A stretch of 64,000 nucleotides of DNA from Tolypothrix carrinoi HA7290-LM1 (GTDB lineage: Bacteria; Cyanobacteriota; Cyanobacteriia; Cyanobacteriales; Nostocaceae). The notes under the pieces are model-generated. The model made no database searches, had not been told where the DNA came from, and worked only from the letters and a program-made list of their open reading frames with translations. The translations under genes were made by a program, and so were the position numbers. The stretch lies in assembly GCA_019358935.1 (NCBI GenBank), contig JAHHIK010000019.1, forward strand, positions 1 to 64,000. Reading direction: 5' to 3'. This document shows positions 22,321 through 32,914 of this stretch, piece after piece. Position 1 is the first letter of the stretch. Each line of letters opens with the position of its first letter.

Positions 22321-23163
22321 ATGATTGACCGTTTGGCTACTGTGAACGCTGCCCGCACACTAAAAGTGGTTGGGACTATCTTAATTTTGTCCTTTTTGCT
22401 GGACTTTTTGATTCTGTTGTTTCCCTTCCAACCGACTGATAAAGGGTGGCAAATCGGCTTGGCAACAGCGCTAGTTGACCGAGGAATTGTGCCTATGGTT
22501 GGCTTGGGGATGCTGTTTGCCGGATATTGGATTGATGGTACTAGTGATGGCGATCGCCCACAACCTGTAGATTTAAGATTTCCTGCACTGATACTATCGA
22601 GTATCTTAGGGTTGTTGTTCTTACTGATTTTTCCCTTGCACCTCAACAATGTGAATCAAGCTAAGTCTCAGACAGTAACTCGAATCAACCAAGATGCGGA
22701 GCAGGCAGAAAATCAACTCAATAGCCAGTTAACTCAATTACAAGCACAACTGGGTAACGCTCAGGTTAAGGCTCAATTAGAACAGCAAAAGAGCCAAATC
22801 AAAGCTCAGTTTACTGACTTGCTCAAAGATGAGCAGAAATATAAGCAAGCACTTGATAATCCTAACTTACCTCCAACTCAGAAAGAATTACTCAAAAAGT
22901 TTAAGGCAAATCCCCAAGAACTTGACAAATTTCTAGCGCAGCAAAGCGATCCTCAGGGACTTGCAAAAGAAAGACTTAACCAAATTCGCCAGCGCAAGGA
23001 AGAAGCCCAAAAACAAGCTCAACAAGAAGCTTTGAAGTCTGGACTGCGGATTGGTATGAGTAGTTTGCTATTGGCTATTGGTTACATTATCATCGGCTGG
23101 ACAGGATTAAGAGGCATGGGTGCTTTACAAGGTGGTGGACGTAAAAAAGCGCCCGCACGCTAA
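22321..23163 (+). CDS. hpsJ: HpsJ family membrane protein
   Basis: TM helices with LVDRGIVPMVG, Q-rich coiled coil, C-terminal TM; synteny. Confidence 0.8.
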   Translation: MIDRLATVNAARTLKVVGTILILSFLLDFLILLFPFQPTDKGWQIGLATALVDRGIVPMVGLGMLFAGYWIDGTSDGDRPQPVDLRFPALILSSILGLLFLLIFPLHLNNVNQAKSQTVTRINQDAEQAENQLNSQLTQLQAQLGNAQVKAQLEQQKSQIKAQFTDLLKDEQKYKQALDNPNLPPTQKELLKKFKANPQELDKFLAQQSDPQGLAKERLNQIRQRKEEAQKQAQQEALKSGLRIGMSSLLLAIGYIIIGWTGLRGMGALQGGGRKKAPAR

Positions 23164-23325
23164 TCTTTCATCTGTAGAGCAGTTAGACTGTCAACATGAA
23201 AAATAGAGACAGACTTAACTTGTAGTTAGCGCTTTAGCGCTAAAGCGCCAACTACAATGAGTCACATCTGTACGCAGTTGATGACGGCTGTTTAGCAATT
23301 AGTAAAATCTTTATAAAACTAGAAA

Positions 23326-24216
23326 ATGCTCTCAGTTTACATACTCACATATAACGAAGAGTTAGATATTGCCGCTTGTATTGAGTCAGCAATGCTATCG
23401 GATGACATTATTGTTGTAGACTCATGCAGTAGCGATCGCACTGTCGAAATAGCAAAAAACTATCCTGTACGTGTTGTTCAACATGCTTTTGAAAGCCACG
23501 GCAAACAACGTACCTGGATGCTAGAATCTATTGCCCCCAAATACGAATGGGTCTACATTCTAGAGGCTGACGAGCGCATGACACCAGAACTATTTGCTGA
23601 ATGCCTCGAAGCGATGAATAATCCAGAGTATATCGGCTATTATGTCGCTGAACGTGTCATGTTCATGAATCGCTGGATTCGCCACAGCACTCAATATCCC
23701 CGTTACCAACTGCGGCTGTTCCGTCATGGTAAAGTTTGGTTTGACGACTACGGTCATACTGAACGCGAAGTTTGTGATGGCGCAACCAGCTTTTTAAAGG
23801 AAACTTACCCCCACTATACTTGTAGCAAAGGCTTGACCCGCTGGATAGAAAAGCACAATCGTTACTCTACAGATGAAGCTAAAGAAACTCTATATCAACT
23901 AGAACACGGCAACGTTAACTGGCGAAGTTTGTTTTTTGGTAAGTCAGAAGTCGAAAAACGCCGCGCTTTAAAAGATTTGTCTTTGCGTTTACCCGCTCGA
24001 CCACTGTTACGCTTTTTGTATATGTATTTTATTTTGGGCGGTTGCTTGGACGGACGCGCCGGCACTGCTTGGTGTACACTACAAGCATTCTACGAATATC
24101 TAATTTTGCTGAAAGTTTGGGAAATGAAGCACATGCCGAAACCCCCTTCAGATATAGAAGCAGCTATAGGCGAGAATAATGCCCAGATGACAGCACCTGA
24201 AAAACTATCTCTATAA
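23326..24216 (+). CDS. GT2 glycosyltransferase (HpsK-like)
   Basis: SVYILTYNEE, ILEADER, WIEKHNRYS. Confidence 0.85.
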   Translation: MLSVYILTYNEELDIAACIESAMLSDDIIVVDSCSSDRTVEIAKNYPVRVVQHAFESHGKQRTWMLESIAPKYEWVYILEADERMTPELFAECLEAMNNPEYIGYYVAERVMFMNRWIRHSTQYPRYQLRLFRHGKVWFDDYGHTEREVCDGATSFLKETYPHYTCSKGLTRWIEKHNRYSTDEAKETLYQLEHGNVNWRSLFFGKSEVEKRRALKDLSLRLPARPLLRFLYMYFILGGCLDGRAGTAWCTLQAFYEYLILLKVWEMKHMPKPPSDIEAAIGENNAQMTAPEKLSL

Positions 24217-24599
24217 TAAGGCGATCGCCAATAGGAAATAATTTTTTTCCTATTCCTTAATAATGTTACATTTACTATAAATTAAGATTTGTAACATAAC
24301 TTTTTATCTTCTGCCGTCGTGCCGATGTAAGACTGACTCACCGAGCTAAACAGAGCAATAACGCTGAACGAATAAAGCTTTCAGAATTATGGGCAGCTTT
24401 TTAGCTAGCGCGGTAGGATCAATAAAAGCCTAAAAGACTTGCAACAATCATTTACAAGTCTGACAAAGAAAAGTAACAACCTCTGAGAATAACCAGCCAT
24501 CATTCTGGTTGGTACATGTCCATATGGACTAAAGCTGAGGTTTACAAAGGAATCAGAACTTCAGGTGATTTGGGCTTGCATCGCGTCAAATCCCATTGA

Positions 24600-24920
24600 G
24601 TGAAGTACCTACACTGTATACGAAGTATACAGTGTAGGCTTACCGTCTCACTTGCCGTCGCCTCATTAAACCCGTGTTTAATTTGGTCTTACACAGCATC
24701 TCTGGTCTTTACGACCTTTATCCCCTCATGGAGAACCCAGGCAGCCGCCCATCTTCCATAGGCAGTTTATTATTTTTTCAGCGATACACTTACCTTGGAT
24801 TTATGACAATGGTCAACCAGCAGGGTTTGCGTTTTTCCCGATCTCTGATGTTGCACACGTCTAGTCTGACTACTTTGAAGTTAGCCTTTCTGTTCCATAC
24901 AGTCGGGTGGGTCATCGACC
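24600..24920 (-). ncRNA. Candidate omega/reRNA-like structured RNA
   Basis: Non-coding segment running from an extended -10 box (TGtTAATAT, 24927-24935) to the right-end hairpin; starts with a GGTCGATGACC hairpin. Confidence 0.5.
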
Positions 24921-24939
24921 ATTTATATATTAACATAGA

Positions 24940-24960
24940 TAGACGTATATTGTATGTCTA
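24940..24960. promoter_or_regulatory. Palindromic operator between the RHH gene and the candidate ncRNA
   Basis: TAGACGTATA-T-TGTATGTCTA, 8/10 inverted match. Confidence 0.5.
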
Positions 24961-25142
24961 CTATGAAAGCCGGAAGACTTAATCTGAGAATATCTGAAAA
25001 AAGATTAGTTAAGCTCAAAGCCTATGCAGCAATCAAAGAAAAAACAATTACGCAGTTGTTTGAAGATTGGATTGACCGACTACCGACGAAGGATATTGCG
25101 GATTCGTCATCGACCTCACTCCCTAATCAGCCTGGTGGTTGA
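24954..25142 (+). CDS. Ribbon-helix-helix (CopG-like) DNA-binding protein; start may be 24963
   Basis: RLNLRIS beta strand, then KLKAYAA and TITQLFEDWIDRL helices. Confidence 0.75.
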   Translation: MSTMKAGRLNLRISEKRLVKLKAYAAIKEKTITQLFEDWIDRLPTKDIADSSSTSLPNQPGG

Positions 25143-25385
25143 TATCGGTAGTCGGTCAATTCCTCATCAAGAACAAAAATTCACGCTCTAACTGACCTTA
25201 TCGGGTACAGTGTGAGCCTTCTTTTTGAAAAAGGTAAAAGTTAGTATAGGTTGGCGGAAATGACTAGACAGTTATAGAAAAGCCAAAAGGTAGATGATAT
25301 ATATATGTATCATTCGCGTTGCTGCCTCTTGCACTCTTAATTTTGAAAGCAGATTTAAAATGCAGGCAAACGACATTAGTGCAAT

Positions 25386-26174
25386 TTGACGATGCTGGTT
25401 ATGAATACCAATAACAGAAGTTCCAATAACCTAAAAAAGGAGAATAGGGGCTTGTTAATCGATCGCCTAAAGCAGGACTTAAAAAATGACCTGATTGCTG
25501 GTTTGTTGGTAGTGATTCCCCTAGCGACAACCATCTGGCTAACGATTACCATTGCCAGTTGGGTAATCAACTTTCTCACCCAAATTCCTAAACAAGTGAA
25601 TCCCTTTCAGGGGATGCACCCTATTGTAGTAAATCTACTGAATCTTTTAGTTGGTCTGGCAGTACCGCTATTCAGTATTCTCTTGATTGGTTTGATGGCT
25701 CGGAATATTGCTGGGCGGTGGTTACTAGATTTTGGCGAGCGAATATTGCAGGCGATTCCCTTAGCAGGACAGGTGTATAAAACCCTGAAACAGCTTTTAG
25801 AAACATTATTAAAAGATACTAATGGTAAGTTTCGCCGCGTAATTTTGGTAGAATATCCGCGCCGGGGAATGTGGGCGATCGGCTTCGTCACGGGCACAAT
25901 TAGCAGTGAGATTCAATCTCAAATGTCTCGCCCAGTGTTGAGCGTTTTTATCCCCACCACTCCAAATCCGACTACTGGATGGTATGCAGTACTTCCGGAA
26001 GATGAGGTAGTAAATCTATCAATCTCGATAGAAGATGCCTTTAAAATAATTGTTTCTGGTGGCATTGTCGCTCCAAATACGCCCTTACCGACCTTAGTTA
26101 TCGCTAAAGACCGCAAACTGGAAGCGCCACAAACTGAAACAAAACGGCAGATCATACCTCTAGAAGAGACTTAA
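25386..26174 (+). CDS. DUF502 membrane protein; start uncertain
   Basis: LIAGLLVVIPL, VEYPRRG, PTTPNPTTG. Confidence 0.9.
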   Translation: MTMLVMNTNNRSSNNLKKENRGLLIDRLKQDLKNDLIAGLLVVIPLATTIWLTITIASWVINFLTQIPKQVNPFQGMHPIVVNLLNLLVGLAVPLFSILLIGLMARNIAGRWLLDFGERILQAIPLAGQVYKTLKQLLETLLKDTNGKFRRVILVEYPRRGMWAIGFVTGTISSEIQSQMSRPVLSVFIPTTPNPTTGWYAVLPEDEVVNLSISIEDAFKIIVSGGIVAPNTPLPTLVIAKDRKLEAPQTETKRQIIPLEET

Positions 26175-26281
26175 AATTGTACAGCTGTACGCAAGTGAAA
26201 CTGGCAAACAGTTTCACCAGCGTGTAGTTACCAATTCGCAGCCAAAATCAATTCAGTTTTCACATACTTAGATACACTTTT

Positions 26282-26911
26282 ATGCAACCCCGTAAACCCC
26301 GTCAAATTGCTCGTGAATTGGCGCTTTTAAGTCTTAGTCAGATGCCAATTAACCCCAAAAAATTGACAGAAGCACAACTACCTAAGTTAGTGCTAGCGGC
26401 TGTACGTACCCTGACACTAGAAGTGCAAGACTCTCTAGATAATGCTGCTGGGGAATTACAACGCAGTAACGATCGCCTTTTAAGCAGCCAAACTCGCACC
26501 ACTGATGTTAATGTTGCCAGAACTATGGTCAAAGAGGCGATTGAATATACCCAAACCGCAATTAATCAACTTGGCACCGCTCTTGAGTTTCCAGAACTGA
26601 TTCAGCTAGCTAACCAAGACAAAGATGTTGCTAGATACGCAATTGAAATTGTCAAAACAGTCAATGAAGAACGAAAAGCGATCGATCAATTACTCACCGA
26701 CGCTTTGGTAGATTGGCAAGTAACTCGTCTGGCTCAAATCGACCGCGATATTCTGCGAATCGCTGTGGCTGAAATGGAATTTTTAGGAGTTCCAGACAGC
26801 GTGACAATCGACGAAGCAGTAGAGTTAGCCAAACGCTACAGCGGAGAGGACGGTCATCGATTTATCAATGGTGTTCTGCGTCGATTCACCGACCAGAAAA
26901 AAACTGCATAA
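26282..26911 (+). CDS. nusB: Transcription antitermination factor NusB
   Basis: [33 protein letters not shown]. Confidence 0.95.
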   Translation: MQPRKPRQIARELALLSLSQMPINPKKLTEAQLPKLVLAAVRTLTLEVQDSLDNAAGELQRSNDRLLSSQTRTTDVNVARTMVKEAIEYTQTAINQLGTALEFPELIQLANQDKDVARYAIEIVKTVNEERKAIDQLLTDALVDWQVTRLAQIDRDILRIAVAEMEFLGVPDSVTIDEAVELAKRYSGEDGHRFINGVLRRFTDQKKTA

Positions 26912-27104
26912 CGTTTGATAACTTTAATATCGCGGTTATGAGATTGCTTGTTTAAAGGCACCAAGGCGATCGCACTTGCTCGCAACGCTGCGCGGTTTTG
27001 AGTTGATGAGGATAACCTGGGGTGAAAACCCCAGCATAAGTGAGGATATCCAAAGTTTAAAATTTTATGAAAGCGTGACAAGTTAAATTAAACTCATAAC
27101 TCCC

Positions 27105-27170
27105 GTACAGACGTTCCATTGGAACGTCTCTACATAAGTACAGACGTTCCATTGGAACGTCTCTACATAA
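27105..27170. repeat. Two tandem REP-like palindromes GTACAGACGTTCCATTGGAACGTCTCTAC
   Basis: Same family at about 35641, 45287, 56267 and 63281. Confidence 0.8.
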
Positions 27171-27191
27171 CTCATAACACTTATAGCTGCA

Positions 27192-28790
27192 ATGGTTTTT
27201 AATTGGTTCCGTCGTCAAAATAACAATCCTGCTAACACCCCCGCTCAAGAAAAACAAACAGAAACTCCTTCTACACAAGAATCTCAAACAGAGTCAGCCG
27301 AAACCTCAAGCAACGATGCACCCGCAGCAGCGACAGACTTGTTAGCATTCGCTAAATCCGCTTACAAAAACATCCAGCAAAAGCAACAAGCAGAGGAAGT
27401 AGAAACTCCTTCTGTTGATGTCACAGAACCGCCACAAGTAGAAACAGCATCACCAGAAGAACCAGATGCTGAACAGTTACCAGATGAAACAACTGCTGAT
27501 GAGCCAGATCCGGAACAGCTACCAGATGAAACAACTGCTGATGAGCCAGATCCGGAAAATATAGATACCACAGCGACTGAGGCAGAAGTAACACCCAGCG
27601 AAGCAGTTGTTAGTTCAGAGGATGCACAACCCACACCGCCAGCAACTTTATCCTTTTTAGAACGGGCAGCGGCAGAAAGGCAAGCAAAACAGGAACGATT
27701 GATCGCAACTGCAATTGAAGTACCAGAAACCGAGGTAGTACAGCCAGCTACACCAGAGATAGTAGAGGAAATCCCCGGACTTGCCTTTGATGATGGATTT
27801 GTGTGGTCTACAGAAGTTTTGGCGGCGCAAGGTAGGCGTGCGGAGGACGTTTCGATTGAAGAAATTAACTGGCTGAAAAAGCTGCGACAAGGCTTAGACA
27901 AAACTCGTCGCGGTATTGTTAACCAACTGAAGGCGATTGTCGGTCAAGGACCGCTAAATCAAGCAGCAGTCGATGAAATTGAATCGTTGCTGTTGCAAGC
28001 AGATGTGGGTGTGGAAGCGACAGACTATATTATCAAAGCGTTACAGAAACAGCTACGAGAAGAAGTTACTCCACCAGATAAGGCGATCGCCTACCTAAAA
28101 ACTATCCTCCGGGATATGCTGGATGCGCCACTCAAAACATCCTACAAACCTAGTTTTACTCCAGAAAAAGAAAATCTTAATATTTGGTTAATAACTGGGG
28201 TGAATGGCGCTGGGAAAACCACTACCATCGGCAAAATCGCTCACTTGGCACAAAAATCTGGCTATAAATGCTTGATTGGTGCGGCAGATACATTCCGCGC
28301 TGCTGCTGTGGAACAAGTGAAAGTTTGGGGTAGCAGAAGCGGTGTAGAAGTAATTGCCAATCCTGGTCAGAATACAGATCCAGCAGCCGTTGTATTTGAT
28401 GCGATCGCCGCTGCCGTTGCACGAGAAACAGAGTTACTTCTGGTCGATACCGCAGGACGACTGCAAAACAAGAAAAACTTGATGGATGAACTTAGTAAAA
28501 TCCGGCGAATTATCGACAAAAAAGCCCCGAACGCAAAAGTAGAATCGCTGTTGGTTCTTGATGCCACTTTAGGTCAAAATGGATTGCGGCAAGCCGAAGT
28601 CTTTTCTCAAGCTGCCCAACTCAGTGGCGTAGTCTTAACTAAGCTTGATGGTACCGCTAAAGGAGGTGTCGCCCTCGCCGTCGTGCAGCAACTAGGTTTA
28701 CCGATTCGCTTTATTGGTGCTGGAGAAGGAATTGAAGATTTGCGTCCGTTTTCTAGCTACGAGTTTGTCGAAGCTTTATTGAGTGGTTAG
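27192..28790 (+). CDS. ftsY: Signal recognition particle receptor FtsY
   Basis: Acidic N-terminus, GVNGAGKTTT, DTFRAAA, DTAGR, TKLDGTAKGG. Confidence 0.96.
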   Translation: MVFNWFRRQNNNPANTPAQEKQTETPSTQESQTESAETSSNDAPAAATDLLAFAKSAYKNIQQKQQAEEVETPSVDVTEPPQVETASPEEPDAEQLPDETTADEPDPEQLPDETTADEPDPENIDTTATEAEVTPSEAVVSSEDAQPTPPATLSFLERAAAERQAKQERLIATAIEVPETEVVQPATPEIVEEIPGLAFDDGFVWSTEVLAAQGRRAEDVSIEEINWLKKLRQGLDKTRRGIVNQLKAIVGQGPLNQAAVDEIESLLLQADVGVEATDYIIKALQKQLREEVTPPDKAIAYLKTILRDMLDAPLKTSYKPSFTPEKENLNIWLITGVNGAGKTTTIGKIAHLAQKSGYKCLIGAADTFRAAAVEQVKVWGSRSGVEVIANPGQNTDPAAVVFDAIAAAVARETELLLVDTAGRLQNKKNLMDELSKIRRIIDKKAPNAKVESLLVLDATLGQNGLRQAEVFSQAAQLSGVVLTKLDGTAKGGVALAVVQQLGLPIRFIGAGEGIEDLRPFSSYEFVEALLSG

Positions 28791-29082
28791 ATTAAGAGAC
28801 TGGAGACTAGGGGCAGGAGCGAAAACACGCCTTAGTCCCTTATTAATAATTTTTCTTTTCAAACTAATAAATGTACTCGCTTCCCGCCCAAATAATACCT
28901 GATTTAACGAACCGCCTTCTCTTCTCCTTCAAAGACGCTTCGCTCTCCTAGAGGCTTGTCTGCGACACGCTTCTCTTCGAGAGGCTTCGCCAACGCGCTT
29001 CGCGTCTCGCTCCACAAGACGCTGGTCGTACACCAAGGAAAAAGAAAAAGAGGATAGGTAATTTTACACTGCTGATGGAAGT

Positions 29083-29152
29083 AGGACTTACGGACTTGGT
29101 GTTATCAATTGAATTAAGTCAGAACAAAAAATCGGCTTTCTTCGTAAGTCCT
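29083..29152. mobile_element. Short MITE-like element with AGGACTTACG terminal inverted repeats
   Basis: AGGACTTACG...CGTAAGTCCT; same TIRs at 55228 and 57355. Confidence 0.65.
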
Positions 29153-29918
29153 AAAATTATTAATTCGTCACAACAGTGCTAAAATCTGACACTAATGCCG
29201 TCTTTCTCGAACCCTACAAGGGTTTTCCGCTCTTTAGCACCCCTTTAGTGAATTGGCATAACTAAGGTGGAGCAATACTTTTATATGTATTACCCGTGTC
29301 TGCTTCAAAAAACGTCACTGAATATTCTCTGTCCAAAATTTATAAATTTGAAGTGTGTTGCTTAAATTAAAACACCATTACTAATTTATAGGTTAAAGGT
29401 CTTGTGCTATGCTTTTTCTGGCTTTTGTTTCCTAAGCCTGTAGATTTGTAGTCAAGAAAGTAGGATGAATATTATTTACATAACTTAAACTTGGAAGAAA
29501 GCGTAAGTATATCTGCCCCAGAGTGCCTGACCCATGAGGTTCTAAGCCCCCTAACCCCCAGACCCCGAGTCTCAACACTGACTCGGAGAGCGTAAAAATT
29601 TATCTGTATACCCAGGTATTTTCTCTATCTCAAGATATATGACTTGGTTATTAAGTTATGAAAGAATTGAAAGCTTTCTAGGATCTAAGAGAAATTGCTG
29701 TCAATATCAGTCTCTTTTTGAGCAAAAAACTTACTTAAAACTTCTGTTTTGACGAATAAATACAATCAGCAAATGCAATACTTATTAAATTGACATCTTA
29801 CGTCTTTCTACTCTTGCTAAATTGACAAACCTTGTTTCAATATGGTTTAGCAATTGCCTTTGCCTGCATGATTTATAAATAATCTAATTCGGTTTTTCAG
29901 TTAAGTGAAATAATAGCT

Positions 29919-31319
29919 GTGCCTGTGTCTCAACTGCCCTCTCAACCAACTGATAGTAATAGTAGTGCCGCAACGGATGTCACTCCGGTTGTAGCGCTAA
30001 AAGAACTCGTGGCACGGCTGCACCGAGAACAAAACAAAATTCAAGATTTGTTAAGTTCTTTAGGATTTGCTCTGAGAAGCTTCAATAATTTGAATCAGTT
30101 TTTAGAGCTAATTCCGTTGATGGCGACACGAGTAACAGATGCAGATGGTAGTGCTCTGTTTCTCTATAAACCTAATGGTCAAGTTCGATTAGAGCAGTTG
30201 CATTGGCAGGATAGTCACCAGCGCAAACATATTCGCAAAGCGCTAGAAACCGCTACCAGTCAAATCACACTTCTGCCAAATACGGCACCTTTAGCAAACG
30301 CTACGGGTGTTTTGGATGCCCAGATGCATCGCTACTTAGGACCAGATATGCAAATATTTGGTACGGCAATTTTGGTGAAACATGCAGAACGAGGATGGTT
30401 GTACGTGTTGAGTCGCGATCCGGAATATAGCTGGACGGAAACTAGACAAAAATTAGTCCGGTTAGTGGCAGACCAAACAGCAGTAGCGATTGAAAACGAT
30501 GAACTGGCTGTAGAATTACGAAAAAAAGAACGCTTAGATCAAGAACTAGAAATTGGTGCGGAAATTCAACGCCGGCTTTTACCTCGTCAATGTCCCTCGA
30601 TTCCTGGTATAGCTTTGGCTGCGCGTTGTAAACCGGCAAATCGTGTCGGCGGAGACTATTATGATTTTATTCCTACCAAGCAGAATCAGTTTCAGCTAAA
30701 TAGTAAAGATACTATCAGCTTAGAAACTGGTCGTTGGGGTTTTGTAATTGGTGATGTCATGGGCAAAGGTGTCCCGGCTGGGTTAATTATGACCATGATG
30801 CGGGGAATGCTACGAGGAGAAGTATTACACGGTAATTCACCAGCAGCAATTCTCCAAAATTTAAATCAAGTCATGTATGCGGATTTGGAAAATTCCCATC
30901 GTTTTGTGACACTGTTTTACTCAGAATATGACCCCCAAAATAGAATTTTGTCTTATAGCAATGCAGCACATAATCCTCCTTTGTGGTGGCACGCAGCTAC
31001 AAAAACTGTGACACGTTTGGATACATTAGGTATGTTGATTGGTTTGGATACTAACAGCGAATATGAAGATGCTCAGGTACAGTTAGAACCTGGAGATACA
31101 ATTATTTACTATACAGATGGTTTGACTGAGGCGGCTTCTGCGGGAGGCGATCGCTTCGATGAAGAAAACTTTGTCGATGCTTTTAATTTGGCTTGCAGGC
31201 ATTGCAATGGACCAGAAGAGATTCTCGATTACCTGTTTAACCAAGTTTATCAATTCATCGGTGCCGATAAGCAAAACACCGATGATATGACGTTGGTGGT
31301 GCTGCAAGTTAATGGATAG
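29919..31319 (+). CDS. GAF plus PP2C/SpoIIE serine phosphatase
   Basis: VGGDYYDF, GDVMGKG, YTDGLTE, DDMTLVVL. Confidence 0.92.
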   Translation: MPVSQLPSQPTDSNSSAATDVTPVVALKELVARLHREQNKIQDLLSSLGFALRSFNNLNQFLELIPLMATRVTDADGSALFLYKPNGQVRLEQLHWQDSHQRKHIRKALETATSQITLLPNTAPLANATGVLDAQMHRYLGPDMQIFGTAILVKHAERGWLYVLSRDPEYSWTETRQKLVRLVADQTAVAIENDELAVELRKKERLDQELEIGAEIQRRLLPRQCPSIPGIALAARCKPANRVGGDYYDFIPTKQNQFQLNSKDTISLETGRWGFVIGDVMGKGVPAGLIMTMMRGMLRGEVLHGNSPAAILQNLNQVMYADLENSHRFVTLFYSEYDPQNRILSYSNAAHNPPLWWHAATKTVTRLDTLGMLIGLDTNSEYEDAQVQLEPGDTIIYYTDGLTEAASAGGDRFDEENFVDAFNLACRHCNGPEEILDYLFNQVYQFIGADKQNTDDMTLVVLQVNG

Positions 31320-31502
31320 TGGGCATGGGGCATCAAGCATGGGGCATGGGGCATCAAGCATGGGGCATTGGGCATGGGGCATCAAGCATGGGGCATCAAG
31401 CATGGAAAGAATCGTATTAGAACGCGCATCACTTACAGCCGCTTTTTTTATTCCCAATGCCCATTGCCCATTGCCCATTGCCCATTGCCCATTGCCCATT
31501 GC
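31320..31502. repeat. Inverted STRR arrays around the same core as 2663-2714
   Basis: GGGCATG/CAAGCATG arrays and (TGCCCAT)n. Confidence 0.8.
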
Positions 31503-31538
31503 GATAGGGCCCATTACCTATTAACAACCAACAACTAA

Positions 31539-32591
31539 TCAAAACACAATCGTCCATCCCTGGTCTTTGGCATCTTCTTTAGTATAAGAAACACCATCAA
31601 CTTTAATACCTTCTTGATTGAGAATGGTGATAATTCCACCATCATTAGAAAGCTGAATTTTTTCTTTATTTAAAGGCACTGTGACAGATGCACTAGGCGC
31701 GATTTTTAATTGATCAAGTAGTTGTTTTTGTTTCAGTTTATTAGTAAGTGTCCAACCGCTTAAGTCTATTTGTTCGGGTGAGGAATTGATTAAAGTAACT
31801 GACTCCTTTCCTGAATCTTCTCCTAGAGGATTTACTAAAGCAGCAACGATTTTTACTCGTGCCTTCACTGCTGGAACGCTGGGATCTGGTGGTTCAGTTC
31901 CTACTTTCTTATTTATTGGATTTCCTGTGCTATCGTCTGTGTGGAAGGACTGCGATTGAAAGGCAAAAAATGCTCCTACCCAGTATTCTTGGGATGCGAT
32001 CGCACTCGGAAAATGAATTAACAATGCCCCATCTTGGTAAACTCCATTTTCTTTAGCAAAGCTTCCGCTGTTGCCTTGATTCATGTGAATATTATGAATG
32101 CCTCTCCCTGGTTCAAAGCCGAATATCTTGTCAGGCTTATCTTCCTTTTTTTCAACTCCCCACGGTTCCCCGAATGCGTAGATAACCGCTTTTGTCTCAA
32201 TTGCCCTTTGAATATATGAGTCAATCAGTTCGTTGAGATCGTTGTTTTCTCCTGGTAAGTTGAAGGGCAAAGGTTTCATATTGGTGACTTTAAATAAATT
32301 TGCTCTGATGTAGTCCAGCGCAATTCCTCCGGCTTTTCTATCTGTCTCGGCAATCTTCGTAAAGCCAAAGTCCAATTTTTTGAGTTTGTCGGTGATGTAA
32401 TGTTCAAAACTGTTCTCGACAAGATACAACAAATCGAAAGGTTTTTGACTTGATCTAACGTTGACTGCAAGACGATAGGAAAACTTACCATCATTCACAT
32501 GGACTTGATAGTGTGGGGTATCTGTGCCAAGTTCGATTTTGCCAGCGATCGCCTGACACTTTAACACACCATAACCTTGGTCTAAATTCAT
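31539..32591 (-). CDS. DUF2278 (YukJ-like) protein with C-terminal lamin-tail domain
   Basis: YGVLK, ALDYIR, GIHNIHMNQG, QDGAL, FQSQSFHTD; ALVNP.GED..ESVTLIN. Confidence 0.85.
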   Translation of the reverse strand: MNLDQGYGVLKCQAIAGKIELGTDTPHYQVHVNDGKFSYRLAVNVRSSQKPFDLLYLVENSFEHYITDKLKKLDFGFTKIAETDRKAGGIALDYIRANLFKVTNMKPLPFNLPGENNDLNELIDSYIQRAIETKAVIYAFGEPWGVEKKEDKPDKIFGFEPGRGIHNIHMNQGNSGSFAKENGVYQDGALLIHFPSAIASQEYWVGAFFAFQSQSFHTDDSTGNPINKKVGTEPPDPSVPAVKARVKIVAALVNPLGEDSGKESVTLINSSPEQIDLSGWTLTNKLKQKQLLDQLKIAPSASVTVPLNKEKIQLSNDGGIITILNQEGIKVDGVSYTKEDAKDQGWTIVF

Positions 32592-32914
32592 TGGACTTTC
32601 TCCTTTTTAATTAAATTAATCGAAATTCATTTGCAAGACAAATGCAATTACAGCAGCCAGCGAGAAAGCTTGGAAATGCATGACTCCAAAAGGCGAATCG
32701 CGGTATTTTTTTTGTCAGCTATTCGCCAGAGCAAGAGCCGCGAATAGTATAACGTTTTACTCTTAACTTTTCCCTAAGCTTTTGTAAAAGGTGGTGCTAA
32801 GTAACTTGTATGTCTTTGGCGTAGCAATGATTACGCCGCACTAAGACAAGATAGCTTAGTATTATGAGGCACGGTAGTACCCATGAGGGTGGTTTTTACA
32901 TGGCAGGTAAACAG

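Larger units (their letters stand above)
24600..25233 (-). mobile_element. Non-autonomous IS200/IS605-type mini-element (no tnpA or tnpB)
   Basis: Related subterminal hairpins at 24608-24638 and 25185-25218 sharing ACACTGTA on the minus strand; right end ...TTCAC; left boundary approximate. Confidence 0.7.

Noticed and set aside
24600..24920. Group I intron/IStron, or the 102-aa ORF at 24674-24982
   Set aside because: TAGTC and GACTA form a local hairpin, not a P7 pairing; the ORF has no recognisable features and overlaps the putative RNA
29175..29245. CIRCE element
   Set aside because: AGTGCTAA and TTAGCAC half-sites are in the wrong order and spacing
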